A stretch of DNA of 64,000 nucleotides from Bilabrum cf. latius (taxonomy: Eukaryota), in NCBI GenBank assembly GCA_965178125.1, contig OZ237746.1, positions 1-64,000 on the forward strand, written 5' to 3'. Positions within the stretch are counted from its first letter, which is position 1. Every line of letters starts with the position of its first letter. A model generated the notes under the pieces. The model did not search any database. It worked only from the letters and a program-made list of their open reading frames with translations, and had not been told where the DNA came from. Below, in pieces: positions 37,501-51,012 of this stretch. Made by a program: the position numbers and the translations under genes.

Positions 37501-39537
37501 TCAATATCGCCTATACCCACCCTGTCCGTACGCTTCGCCCCGCGGCCCAGGTGCACCACCACCATACTGCCCACGATAGTCCTGCTGCATCTAGCCGCCC
37601 ATGTGCATGGCTGGAGGCCGACCCCCTCCTCCTCCCGGTGCTCCCAGCAAGCTACCCCCTGGTGATGCAGGGGCAACATGCCCCCCGTGCTAGTCGGGTC
37701 CCCGCCCGTACCCATGCCCGTATCCACTACCCTGGCTGTGCCCTGCCGGCGGTGGGTAGCCCCCGGGGCCGGGCCCGTATCCTTGAGCCTGACCACGGCT
37801 GGATACAGGACCGTATGCTTGAGCCTCTGCGCGGGTACCGGGCCCTGGGTGCGGATACGCAGGGTGTGGAGGCGGCCCATGCCCATGCCCATGTCCATGC
37901 AAGGGACCAAGCCCAGCCCCAGGTCTGGGCCCAAGAGACACGGTGCCTAAGCCTGCCTGGCTGGGGCCCCACCGTGACCCGCCGCGGGTGGATGGAGAGG
38001 GGAGGGGCGGGCCTGCACTGGGCTTGTCTGGATTCCATGGCTACTCCGAAGATGACGATGATGATGCCGCGGACCCGGCATTGGCTACACCAGCTGCATG
38101 GGCCACGGGAGGCGAGCCTGGGGGAGTCCCCGGGGGAACGTGGTTGCTGCTGGGGCCCGTGTCTCCTGCTCGACTGGTGGAAGCGCTGCTCACTGATGGG
38201 CCGGTCTCTGCGCGGCGCCTATTCCTGGCCATGTTCCGCAGCTCAGCGGCCTCTTGCCTGTAAGCTGCCACCTGCCTCAGCGCACCCATCGCCTCGGTGC
38301 ACCGCTGCTGGTCCCCCGCCGCCAGCTCCTCCTCCCCCTCCAGTCTGCGCCTCACCCTCGGCACCGCCTCCTGGCATGCCCTCTCCACGGCCCTCAACCG
38401 CCTGAGGTGCCTCTGCAGCATCGAGAGCAGGTGCTCCTCGGGGAGGGCGGGGGGAACAGCGCCACCGGACGGGACCGGCTGCTCTGTGCTGGCCTGAGGC
38501 TGGGCACCATTACCAGGCACCACCAGCACCTTGTTCAGTTCCTCACCCTTGCCCCCCCCCGCTTGCTCCACCAGCACTGCAGCCCTCTCCGCGAGCGCCG
38601 CCCCCTCGTCCACATCCGCCAGTGACTCGAGGCCCAAAGAGGTCTCCGCTGCATCTAGGGCCCGCACAGACGCCAAGAGAGCCATGAGCTCCCCCTCATC
38701 GTCTCCCACGCCCACCGGCAGCGCCACACTCCCCTCCCCAGTGGCATTCAGCGCCTCCCCCGCCCCCGCCCCGCCCCCCCCCACGTTCTCCTCCCTCTCC
38801 CACCGCCGCAGCAGGCCAGCCAGGGGACCGTCCTGTGCTCCCACACCGGGGAGCCCCCTCCGTGGTGGAGACAAACCGTCGTGATCATCATGCTCGTCCC
38901 GCCCCCGCTTGCGCCCCGCCAGTGCAGGGGACCCACCCGCCGAACCGAAATCGCTGCTGCTTCGAGTCGCTTCCCCAGAGTCGGGGCCCGCTGGCCCAGC
39001 GTCGATTTCATCCCCGCCAATGTTGAGCCCCAGCTCGGCCCCCAGGTCCAGCGCGGCCTCCACCGCGTCCTCCGTCGCAGCCTCGATGTCCAGGCCGGTG
39101 CCTGCGCCCAGCTGCAAGGGCCTCGGCTCTTCGTTGCCAGCGGCGATACCGTCCAGGCGCTCCGTCAACTTGTGGGGCAGAATATTCCGCTGTTTCCAAA
39201 TCCCGAGCACTCGCAGGACGCGGTTCGACAGGTCGGATCCCCCACTCTTGGTTGCTTCAAAGACGCCAGTCTGGATCGCCAAAGGAAGACCAGCCTCCAG
39301 ATTTGAGTCTGGTCCTTGCCCAGCCGCCCGGACCTAAACGACATCATTCATCAAATAAAATAGCGGAAGCTTCTAGGTCGGCGCGGTCTTTGCGAAAACC
39401 TTGGACCACACGCCAGGGAATGCTTTGAACGTGTTTGCACTGGCCAGAATAGCTGCACGTGCTCGCATAATGCCAGCCTGCGTGCCATCCAGGACTGCAA
39501 GGATGCTCTCAACTCTTTGAACATATTTATCGCTCAT
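37501..39537 (-). CDS. CID (RNA Pol II CTD-interacting) domain protein, RPRD/Rtt103-like, with Gly/Tyr/Pro-rich tail
   Basis: LDGTQAGI, *KLPLFYLMNDVV*, RVLGIWKQRNIL. Several TAGs in frame. Ends TGA. Confidence 0.85.
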
Positions 39538-39683
39538 TCGATCCAAAGTATCGCACGCAGCGACAAAGTTGAGTCTGGTGGGCCGCGGTAGTACAGTGCA
39601 ATGCATGAATGGATGCACTGCACTGTAAGTGTTATGCAGAACCAGCCAACAGGGGACTCACCCGCTCTTGTTACGCTTACAAC

Positions 39684-42600
39684 ATGGCGGTCGCCTCGTT
39701 GGATGGCGAAGGGGTACTAATGGATAAGCTTCCATTGCTCCAGAACTCCATCAAACGCGATCCCGAGGCATATGTGGATGAATTCCGCCTGCAAGTGAGG
39801 ACTGCAATTGCAGGTGCAACCGGTTGTTTCTTGGTCTGGCATGCACGGAGCCCGCGTAGCTCAAGAATAAATGTAGTCAATTCGGTGTTGAACTATTGCC
39901 CAATTCATAATTTCTCTCGCAGCATCGGCATTTCCTTGCCCAGCTTCGATTGCTCGAGCTGAACCCATCCCAAGACGCCGAGACCTTCTGCGCGCTTGCT
40001 CAGTTTCTTGCGCACGTTGCACCGTGCTTTCCCAAGGATCTAGCGGAGCTTCCCGATTAGCTCTTGAACCTGCTTAAAACGCACGCAAGAGCACTGCACG
40101 CCGAGACGAGGCGTGTAGTTGCCCAATCTCTCATGCTGCTCCGTTCCCGCAACATGATCCCACCGGTGCCTCTGCTGCCCACGTGCCTAAATCTTCTGGC
40201 GGTACCAGATAAGCCTCTCAGGACGCTATTGAGTGCGTTCGTTGTGCACGACGTTCGGTCGATCCATCGCTCCGGCCGGCAGCCCCGGCTGAACCGTGCC
40301 TTGATCGCAGTCATCGAGGCCCGGCTGCGCGCGGCGGACGAGAACCCGTCTGCGACGAGGCGCTCGCTGGGCATACTGGTGGACCTGTACCGCCGCCGCA
40401 TCTGGGTGGACGAGCGTGCGGTGAACGTGATCGCTCAGGCGTGCCTGTGCAAGCCCACGCGCGTGGCAGTGGCGGGGGCCCGCTTCTTCCTGGGAGTGGC
40501 TGACGAGGACGGGGAGGAAGAGGAGGACAGCGACGTGGATGACGACGAAGACGCGGCTGCAGGGGCCATGAGCGTGGTCAGCGGCAGGCACAGCAAGGCA
40601 GTCAAAGGGAGGACACCTGCTGGGGGAGGGTCTGGCTCAGGCCCCTCTGTGCCTGACGGGATGCTGCCCCACCAGCACAGCAAAAAAACGAGAAAGAGGA
40701 AGAGGAGGATCGAGCGAGCTGCAAGCGCCGCCCGTCTGTCCCGCTCCCGCACGGACCCCAGCACGCAGGCGGAGCAGGCCATGCTGGCCATGACCCCTGC
40801 CTTGGACATGCTGCACGACCCCCATGGGCTGGCCGAGGGCCTGCTCAAGAGAGTGCGGTCCAGCAAGGACAGATTCGAGGTGCGACTGCTGCTGCTGAAC
40901 CTGTGCACGCGGCTCGTGGGGCACCACCAGCTGATGCTGCCCCCGCTCTACTCCTTCCTGGCCAGATACCTGCAGCCGCACCAGAGGGGTGTCACCCACC
41001 TGCTGGCATACCTGGCCCAGGCCACCCACCCCCTCGTGCCCCCCTCGGACCTGCTGCCCGTTGGCAGGGCCATCGCAGATGCATTTGTGGCGGAGCGGTC
41101 CCCGGGGGAGGCCATGGCCGTGGGGATATCCGCCCTCCGGACGCTGTGCCAGAGGCAGCCGCTGCTGCTGCAGGAGGCTGCCCTCCGGCCCATCGTGGAG
41201 GAGCTGGTGCAGCTGCGGAGGGAGACGAGGGACAGGTCTGTCTCGGCGGCGGCCAGGGCCTTCGTGAACCTGGTGCGGGAGACATCTCCGGAGCTGCTGC
41301 GGGGCCGGGACAGGGGCAGGTTCGCGCAGCTGGGCAGGGCGCCCCTCGTGTACGGAGAGCGGTCCTCGGGGAGGGCGGGGGCGGGGCTGGAGGGGGTGGA
41401 GCTGCTGGAGGTGCTGGGCCTGCTGGACGAGCAGGTGCAGGCCGGCAAGGGCAAGTCAAAGGGAAGCCGGGGAGAAGACGGGGATGAGGATGATGACGAT
41501 GGGGAGGTGGCCAAGGAGGGTGGAGGCAGCAAGGGCGCCTCGTCTGCCTCTGCAGCTGCTTCCAAGGGCAGGTCTATGCAGGGTGTGATGGCCGAAGCCA
41601 TGCCCTCATCTGGGACAGGGGCCAAGGGCACGAGTGGTACCCAGGGGGAGGGTGATGATGACGACGACGAGGATGAGGACGAGGAGGACGATGTCAAGTT
41701 CGAGATCATTGGCGCTTCGTCTTCCAGCTCCTCTTCTGCGGCTGCGTCCTCGTCGTCGTCTTCGTCCTCTGCATCTGCAGGTGCCATCAAGGAGGACTGG
41801 AGCTCAAAGGGAGGGAGGGGGAAGCACAAGCACAGGGAGGGGTCCGGCGTGGACACGTCTCGGGAGGACGAGGAGGCGGAGGGCAAGGAGGCGAGGCTGG
41901 AGGGGTACGGGAGCGATGATGAGGAGGAGGACTGGGCCATCGTTAGGGAGGCCGTGGGGATGTAGGAGGAAGACATGTTTGATGACGAGGATGAAGATGA
42001 AGATGAAGAGGAGGAAGAACAGGCAGAGGCCGAGGGTGGAGATGAGGCAGAGGAAGAGGAAACCTCCCAGGCGCAGGGGGGTGCTGCAGCGGCTGAGGAA
42101 GAAGCCAGCGGTTCAGCTGCTATGGAAGACGGTGAGGGAGGTGAAGACAAGGAAGAAGCAGAGGCGAAGCCCCTGCCCGACCCATCCGCGGCCCAATCGA
42201 TCGTCTCGAGGCGCCCCCTCTCCCAGCGCGAGATCATGCGGCTCAGGATGCTCCGGAGGCTGGCTCTGCAGGCACACGCGCAGGCCACCGGCATGCAGGC
42301 AGCAGCGGAGAGGGCGGAGCGCAGGGCAGCCAAGTTCGCGGGGCGCAGGGGGAAGCGCGCCTCCGACAGCAACGGTGCGAGCCAGTCCCTGTCCCGGATG
42401 GTCAAGGGGGTGGACGTGGGGCAGGCCATGGCCCGGCTTGCCAGGGCCATCAGGGAGTCCCAGGCGGCGAGGGGGGCGGCGGGGACAGACGCGGTGGATG
42501 CGGATGATACGGATGACGAGGGTGCGGCGGCGGGGGCTGCCACAGTGGACCCTCGTGCGCTGGAGAGCGACCGTGCGAGGAAGAAGAGGAGGATCCTGAT

Positions 42601-42850
42601 GCGGTCCGAGAGGCTGGAGAGGGACAAGAAGGAGGCTGCGGCCGAGAGGACCGGGGCCAGGGCGCGGGCGGGAGGCAGCACTAACACTGAGAAGCGGCGC
42701 AAGAAGAACTTTATGATGGTGACCAAGAGCAGGGGCGTGTACGACAAGATCAGGGGGCAGCTGGACGAGCAGCACAAGGCCGTCAAGAAGCACATCAGGC
42801 ATCTGAAGAACGTGGGAAAGCAAACCACAAGGAAGAGGAGGAGAGCCTGA
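39684..42850 (+). CDS. SDAD1: Protein SDA1 (60S ribosome biogenesis); intron 39795-39922
   Basis: LQNSIKRDPEAYVDEFRLQ, LHDPHGLAE, YLQPHQRGVT, PELLRGRDRG, GGSTNTEKRRKKNFMM. N- and C-terminal domains joined through TAGs at 40058 and 41963. Ends TGA. Confidence 0.93.
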
Positions 42851-42989
42851 TTGTTGCTTTCCAAAGACACGTTTCGTTGTTGATGCGATTCATCACGTGA
42901 ATCCTCACAAGCGGAACCAAAGAGTCCACTCATTGCGCGGCGCCGGGCCGTCGGTAGGGCTGCACTTTTGTCGCGTCGAACTTGACGCG

Positions 42990-45574
42990 ATGTCATGCTG
43001 GACGGCATGCGAGGGCTATGCCGTCATGGGGTTGCTTGCATTTTTAAGCATATGGCACGGCCTGCTTGCTGCACTTGTCGTCATAGACTTCTCCGACGTG
43101 AGCGACGCAGCCGCCGCTGGCTCCAATCATCAAGTCGGCAACGCACCAATTGATATGGATGAATTGTTGTCAACTACACCACCTCCGAAACTCACAGGGC
43201 GCTAATACTTTTTGTCGCCGCGAAGAGACGTATACGTGAGCCACTCTGCACCTAAGCTGAGGCATGTAGAGTTGCATCTCTCGCATTGTCATGCTCTCTG
43301 CGTCTGCTACGTTGCCGAATGCCTTCCTCATCACGCAGCGCAATTATAGAAGCATCATTGGTGATACTAGCCACTGTGTCGATCGGGCTAATTTATTCGT
43401 GCCGCAACGCGCCATGCTGCAAGCAGTCTCCAGCTTCGGCCGCTGCTAGCAAGGGGGCCAGCAGCTCCCATGCATCGGCTGGGTTCGGGTGCCGATGTAG
43501 GGGAGCGCACTCCACAGAGGGCGATGAAGTGTCGGGAGCCGGAGGGGCTGCACCAGCCGGTGATTTCGCGCTGAGCTCGATGCTTCGCCGGGTGGCCTGG
43601 ACCGCTGTGGCCCTGGGTTTGTGCAGCGCGGGGGTCACCACCGCCGCGTGGATCGCGTTCGCTCGCCCCTTCGACCCGGATGCGAGCGAGATGGAGGGAT
43701 CCGCGCGCTCCATCCGGCTGGCCCTGCGGCGGCAGGACCGGGCATGTGACCCGCTGCTGGCCAGGGCCCAGGCGGCCTGGGGCGTGCTGCACATCGCCTC
43801 TTTGGTGGCGCTGCTGCTGCTGCTGGTGCTGCCATCCGTGTGCCCCGTGTGCCCCAGGCGGTCCTACGGACACCCCACCCCCGTGCTCAGCAGGGGCGCG
43901 CTGAGGGCCTGCGAGGCGGCGCTGCTGCTGGAGAGGCCGGGCCGGGCATGGAGGGCGGACTGGGGGCGGGGAGAGCGAGAAGGAGAAGGAGAAGTAGAGG
44001 CGGGCGGTGAAGGCCAGGGGCGGGGCCATGCTCCCAGCGCGGAGGATCTGCAGCGGACTGTCAGGGAGAGGGAGATGAGATCGAAGGCGGCGGCTGAGAT
44101 GAAGAGAGCAGGTGTGGCAGGGGCGGGGCTGGGCCGGGTGTAGGAGGGTGCGGGCAGGGACGTGTGCTGCGGGCTGTTTGCTCTGGGCGGGGGCTGCGGG
44201 GGCGGGCTGTGCCTGCCGCTGTGGAGGTGTTTAAGGGCGAGACCTGCGCCCCGCTGCTGCTGCGGCGCGGGGTCGGCGGCTTGTTGCGTCACTGAGGCGC
44301 TGTGCATGTGCCGGTGGGGCGAGGCAAACGGGGCGGGGCGGCAGTGGGGCTGCGAGGCGCCGTGCTGGTGCGCCCGTGTGACGGTGGAGGATGCGGGACC
44401 CGACGGGTTGTGGTGGCGTGTGGAGGAGGCTGCCTGCCAGGAGGCGAGGTGGATCGCCGATGGCCGGGGCAAGCTCACTAGGGCGGTGTGGGACAGGGAG
44501 GAGGAGAAGCAGGAGGCCGAGCTGGCCGGCCAGGTGGCGGCAGTGGTGGCATGGGCTGAAGGGGTGGATGCCGATCCAGAGGAGAAGGGGGGCAGTGGCA
44601 ATTAGGGGGCCTCGAGGGTGCTGCCCGTCTCGGCTCCCTCCTTGGAGGCATTCGCTGGGTCCGTGCCCCCGCCGCTGGCCGGTCCCTCCCGGTCGCTGTT
44701 CCCTGGAGCAGGGGCAGGAGCAGGGGCAGACGGGCAGGGTGGCCACCCCCCTCGGGTGAGCCTTCGTGCAGTGCACGCAATGTCACGGGGAGCGGGAGGG
44801 GTGCGCCGGCGATGGGCGGATGCAGCCTTTCTCGAGTACCGCAGGGGGTGTGTCGGGTGGGCGTGCGCGCGCGTGAACAGCGTGGACGTGTTCGGGTGCA
44901 TCGGGGACGAGTTCCCAGGGGAGGCGAGGGAGCGTGAGGTGTGGTGGGGCACGGGGGAGGAGGAGGAGGCCATGCTGTGGCTCAGGGAACACGCCCCCCC
45001 GGGGAAGGGGGGCGGCAAGGACCCAGAGGACCGACCCCTGGTGGCTTCGCCGCTGCTGCCGGACCAGCTGGCGGTGACTCGCATGATCGCAATGGAGGCC
45101 GCCGGAGACGTGCCCACGGTCCTGGACGACACGCCCGCCCTGCGGCCCCCTGTGCCCTCTGTCCCTGATGAGCCCAGGCTGGGGACTGCCTCGCTGCCCG
45201 CCGACTGGGACCGCGAGAAGGCCCGCAAGCAGACGGAAGATAGGAGGAGGAGCGAGGGGGTGCAGGGGTCGGTGGGCGCGAGGGCCGGAGGGGCCGTGGG
45301 GAGCGGGGCGGCGAGCGGAGGGGTGCGGCGCAGGGGTCGCCCCATGGCCATGGGCAGCCTGCTCACTCCCGGGGGGGTGGGGCAGTCCCGCAGGGAACAA
45401 ATAACCGGCCCCCTGTTGCGTGCTACGGAGCCGCATGAGCTGCAGAGGCGCGCGCGGGAAGCGGCTCTGCTGGGCGAGGAGCATGAGGTCTGGAGACTGA
45501 GGGGGCTGAGGGGGGCGGCTCGGGGCAGGCTCTTCGCGGAGGCCACAGCCAAGGGCATGCAAAAGGTGGGGTGA
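42990..45574 (+). CDS. Hypothetical multi-pass membrane, Cys-rich protein (5' exons uncertain)
   Basis: ORFs 43286-44143, 44162-44605 and 44618-45574 share a frame and are joined by TAGs. Probable short upstream exons with GT-AG borders. Ends TGA. Confidence 0.55.
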
Positions 45575-45680
45575 TGCATCCCGGATGCATTCGAGTGCTA
45601 CATATAGTTGATTGTTGCCAAAAAAAATGAAATACAATCCAATGGATAAGATGGGCTGGCCAGAGTCGCTCAGCCTTGAA

Positions 45681-48600
45681 TCAGCCCCGCCTCCCCCGGC
45701 GAGCAGTTCCCCTGACCCCGCCCCTTCCCACCGCACCAGGGGCAGCCCCCACCTGCATGGTGTTCCCTGCCAGCGGGATGTCCCCCACGGCAGCGAGGAT
45801 CGCGCCCCCGTTCCAGCCTCCCCCCGCCGCGGCTGCACCCCACGCGGCTGCCCCCGCGTCTTCTTCTTCATCTTCCCCTTCCTCGCGGTACTCCTCGTCT
45901 TCGACATCACCCCTGCTTGCACGGTCCTCAAGGCCCCCTTCAGGCGCCCACTCGCCCTCACTGCCTCCCTGCGGCAACTCAACCACACGCTCCCGACTCC
46001 CACCAGGACCAGACCTAGAGCCGCGCCCCGCCCTCCCCCCCTCCTCCAAGTCTTCCAACCTAGACGCCCCGCGGGTCCGCCGCACTGGCGACACACCCGG
46101 GGAGGACATGGAGGGGACTGGGCCCGGCTGAGCCAGCAGTGCATCTGCATGCGCTGCATCAGGCCCCGCCCCCGCCCCCTCACCCATCTCGCTCAGCTCG
46201 CCTGGCCCCGACCTCGATGATGCCCTGGAGCGGCGCACAGACGATGCCCTGGAGTGGTGGGGGGACCCCTGCACAGCAACGGGCTGCAGAGGAGAGGAGG
46301 GCCGGGGGCAGGAGGCCCCTGAGGGAGTGCCCGGGGTGATGGCAGGGAAGCGTTGACTCGTTAGGCCCGCCTGCTCCTGGTGTTCCTTGAGGCCCGGGTC
46401 GGGTGTGTGCCGCTGGCCCTCCTCGTCTTCGGGTTGGTCCACTCGTGGAGCAGCACCCCGCTGGCTGGCTTGGTTGACCTGGAGGGCACTGCTGCTCGGA
46501 CTGTCGATGGGTACTGGAGGAGCACTAACAGGTGCATGGACAGGTGCATTGCCTGGCTGTGCCTGGGAGCGGAGAGCTCTGCCATGCCGTGCGGGGCAGT
46601 CGGGGCGCGTCTGGGCCTGGGTGTGGCTTGCACTGTGCTGGTGCCTGTGCTGGTGCTTGGCAGGTGTGGGCTGCCTCGGGCTGGGATCAAGCTCCTGCTG
46701 ACTGCCTGCTTCTGTCTCTGCTTCTGCTTCTGTCTTGCGGTGCGTCTGCTGACCTCCCTGCTCCTCTCCAGAGCCACGGTCACTGTCCGGTGCTGCCTCT
46801 TCCATCGACCCAGGACCTCTCCCCTGCTCCTCATCCTGCTCTGTCTCCTAGCCCTGACTCCTCTTCTCGGGAGTGGATGGAGGCATGGGCACTGCCCGCC
46901 GCCCAGGTTCGCCTCCTTGCGGCTTCGGTGCAAGACTTGGCCTAGTGCTAGCGGGGTGCTGCGTGGGATCTCTGTTGGGTGAGGGCTTTCTCCTCCTGAG
47001 GGGGCCCCGGGGCGAGGAAGCGGCACCCTTGCCCTTGCCCATGCTCAGCCTGCCCTTACCTTCCCCTCGATCTTGGTCGCTGTTTCGGCCAGTGCGCTTC
47101 TCCTTGAATGGAGCCTTACTTGGCATGTTCCCTCCTCCTGCAGCTGTCTTGCCCCCAGCCAGGCCCACTGTGCCCCCCTCCATGCCGTAGTCCCCCCTGT
47201 CCTCCTTGCCATTGTCTTCCTCAGTGCGCAGCAGAGGCAGCGACACATGGGGCCCTCCATCCACGACCAGTCCACCGACGCTCCTCTCCCCTCCGACCCA
47301 CTCCTCTTCCCCTCCATCCTCCCGGGATCCCTTCTCCGCACGAGCCATTGCCTGCTCCTGCACCACGCCGATCGCAGCTCTTGTGGCAGCCTCCATCACC
47401 GCACTCACCGCCAGAGACACGCCGCCCCCCTGCCCCTGCCCCTGCCCCCTGTCCCCCGCCGCCCTCAGGATCAGCTCTTCAGCCGCGATCCTGAGGTCCA
47501 GCGACTGCAGCTCGGCGGGAGGGAGGGAATCCACCGATTGCTTCTCTCTCTCGCCCATTACTTCCTCCCCTTGCACCGGCAGCACGGGTGGGCTGGCCCT
47601 GGGCACAGCCCTGTCCCGCAGGGAGCGGACCACCAGCGCGGCGCGGGACAGGAAGGGGCCCTCCGTGACGTCCTTGGGCGACGCGTCTGGGTGTGATGCG
47701 TGATGGGGCATGCCACCGTCGGGTGTTCCATCCGAGCCGTCTTCCAGCGCGGGCTGCAGTCGAGCCGCGGTGGTGGTCAGGGGTGGACCCCGGGGCCCCC
47801 TGGGCACGGGCAGGTCACCCGCCTCACCCACGGCCCCCCTCCACTGCAGCTCGGCGACATGCAGCCGTGCATAGCTGGAGGCACCCGTCGATGACACCCG
47901 CTGTCTAGCCGCAGATAGGGCCCTCTGCCTCACCGCGCCAGTGCCAGTGCCGCTGGCCTGGGTCACCTGCCTCCCGCCGGCCCCATCCTGCTCCAAGCTA
48001 GTCCCGCCCGATTCGCCGTGGATCGATCGCGCAGGCACTGATGACCCGCCGGAGCGCGAGGAGGCCACCGACCGTCGGCGCGCTTCTGTCAAAGACCCAT
48101 CACCGCCCGCCCGCTCTCGGTGCCCCCTCCTTGCGCTGCCCCTCCTCCCGCCTGCACCCGCATGCCCTGCACTCGCGCTGCGGGCCCTCCTCTGCACAGC
48201 GGGAGGGGGCGGGGGCTCTGCTTTGGCAGGAGACAGCACGGGAGGGGCGGCGTTCCGAGGCACCCGCACCGGCTGCTCCCTGCCTTTGCCCCTGACCCTC
48301 ATCGCGTCAGCAGCAGCAGCAGCTGACCTCCTGCCGCGACCTTTGAGATGGCCCTGGCTGCGGCTGCCTGCACTGACCCGCGAGGAACTATCGCCCTGCT
48401 CCTGCACTGGTGCATGATTAGCTGCGAGCCCCTGGCCCCGCTTCAGTGGGGCCGACCCAGGGACTCGGATCACCGGTGCACCACGGGCATGTCTCTGTCC
48501 CTGTCCCTGTCCATGCCCATGCCCAGCCTCCCTCCTGGCTTTCTCCGCCAGTCGCGTGTAGAAGGCAGAGCTCAGCACGGACACCTCGCTGCCCTTGCCC

Positions 48601-50864
48601 AGCCGACCCATTCCCTGGGGAACAGAGGCACCCGAGGGGGCGCCCACGTCCACCTGACCATCCTCCCGATCCGCACCCACACCCACAACAGCACCCGCAG
48701 CATCCCCGCCGGACCCCTGGGCCAGCAGCGCCCCTCTCAGCCCCTCCGTCACGGCGCTAGACCCCTGCCTCTCCAGCTGGGCGGTCACTGCGCGGGCGAA
48801 CTCCCGAGGCAGCCTCCTCAGCATGCCCTCGGCTACAGCTGCGTCAGCGTCCACAGCTGCCTTCACCCTCTTGGCCTCGGGCCCGATGCGCCTGCTCCAG
48901 CTGTCCCCAGACGCAGACCGGGGTCGGGGCCTGGTCCCAGAGGCCCAAGCACTGCTGCTCCTGTCGCCTACTCTTCCTCCTGCCCCAGCCCCTGCTGCAT
49001 CTCTACTACGCCTGCCACCGGGCACAGAAACAGACCGCCCCGCCCTCTCTTTCTCTCTCTCCTTCTCCTGCCCACGGCCCCCCTGTCTCCTCGAGTTCAC
49101 CCTGCTCCTTGCTCGCCGCCGCAGGTTCCGCGCCCCCTCGGGCAGCAGGTCGCCCGCCTGTTCCCCAGCGGGGGCGGCACCGGACAGCACCCATGCCTCA
49201 CTGAATTGCGCCCGGGCCCCCTGCGCCTCTGCCGCCATATCCATGCCCTGCCCCTGCCCCTGCCCCTCCCAGCCCTGCGAGATGCCGCGGGAAGCAGCCA
49301 CCGGCCCTCGGCGGTGCTTGGCCCCCACCGCTCGCGTCATCGCCTATCGGTTCCGCACCCACTCTTCGGTGGATGATGCAACGCGCGGCGCCACTCCCTG
49401 GTTCCGCTTCCGCAACGCCCTTCCGACGCGCGAGTCTGTGAACCTGCCGGGCACCCCAGGCGCCGCATTGGACACCCCCAGGCCGCGACCAACCCCTCTG
49501 TCTCTACCCCCGCTCGATAGCTGCAGCCTCTGCTAGCTCAGGCCAACCGAGCGCGCCCCAAAGCCCGGGCCATCCATGAGCCCCATCCTGCTGGGCGCTG
49601 CCCTTGACCCCAGGCCCTGCGCGGCTGCTGTCGCCACAGCTGCTGCTGCCTCCAGCTCCCCGCCAGGTGCAAGCGCCTGCTCCGCCACCTCCTGCCACTC
49701 ACCGTCGTGCGATGCACCCCTCAGCAACGCAGGCGAATCAGGCTGTCCCCTCACCCCCCACTTGGCCCCCCATGCCCCCGTCTCGGCCTGCAGCGAGTGC
49801 CTCAGCAGCTGCGGCGACCCAGTGACCCCCTGTCTGCTGCCCCCCCTTCCCGACTCCAGCCGACTGCGCCTGCCCTGGCCCGACGTCCCCGCCCCCACCC
49901 CGGGGGAAGCAGGGGACGAGGGGCTGGGTCTACCCAGCGGGTGCAAGGCGGACGCCTCCAGCCGCTCCCTGTCCGCTTGTTCCCTGCGGGCCCGCACCCC
50001 CCTCTGCAGCCGGGCCAGCTCGAAGTCCTCCCCCGCCCCCTAGCCCAGCACCCGGGCCCTCTCCCTCCGAACTGCGGCCCGCTGCAGATCCTCCTGCGCC
50101 CGCAGCAGCTGCCTGAGCGCCACCTGGCGAGACCTGGCCGCGCTTGCCACCGTGGGGGACTGCGAGCGGGGCACTGGGGACTTGGATGGAGAGGGCGCGG
50201 GGGAGAGAGGGGCGGCCCTGTTCCCTCCAGGACTGTCTCTGGGGGCGCGGTCCTACCCAGAAGAGGTGCGATACCCTCTTATTCTCTGGCGTGTTCCCTC
50301 TCCGGGTGCATGTACGGCCTCCTGCGCTGAGGACCCGGCGCGGGTGTGCCCCGGGGAGCGGGAGGGGCGCGGAGAGGCAGCTGCAGAGACTGGTTCCACT
50401 CGCATGCGAGGAACAGATGGGCTGCTGTATGACTACGCAGCTGCCTGGCTGTCGGTGCCTTCTGCCGAACCAGAAGTGGCGCGCAGCGACCGCGACTGGT
50501 TTGCGTTGCCCAGGCCACCACCGTCGTGCGACCCCTTTGAAGCTTTTTCAGGCGGCAATTGCAGCGGTCGGCTCATAAATTCCTATTCGCGCCCAGAGGC
50601 GGTCTTTGCTGCAGCGAGGGCGCGGTGCGAAGGGGACGGAGGCGCGGATGCAGCTGCAGATCTGGACTCGCCCCTATCGGATGCCGTGCGAGCCCGAGGC
50701 GGCCGGCGCTTGGAAACACGTTCTTGCGATTTGGATTGTTGCCTGGAAGATGGCGAATCCGACGCGCTGGATCGCACTCCTCTGTGTTGTTGGGTTGGCG
50801 GCTGCGTCAAGTCTCCAACCGCCTGGGCCAACTCTCGGAGCAACTGCGCCTCATCGCGCTCCAT
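45681..50864 (-). CDS. Large low-complexity hypothetical protein (about 1700 aa)
   Basis: ORFs 50583-50885, 49533-49997, 46848-49340 and 45681-46805 are all in one frame and end at TAGs; final TGA. Gaps only partly checked by hand. Confidence 0.65.
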
Positions 50865-51012
50865 CGCAAAAGGTTGGGCTAACAAACGCTATTGACAACG
50901 AAGTTCCCCAATACTGTTTTCCGGCACAGCACCGTATCAACTCTGCAAAACTAGCCTAACCTTGCCCAACAGTCGAAAAGTGCGCGGCGGCGGGTTTTTG
51001 CTCCGGATACTA

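Noticed and set aside
40948-43008. Long antisense ORFs (e.g. 686 aa here, 11916-12791, 26254-27345, 29973-31064)
   Set aside because: Shadow frames of GC-rich real genes on the opposite strand; low complexity and no motifs.
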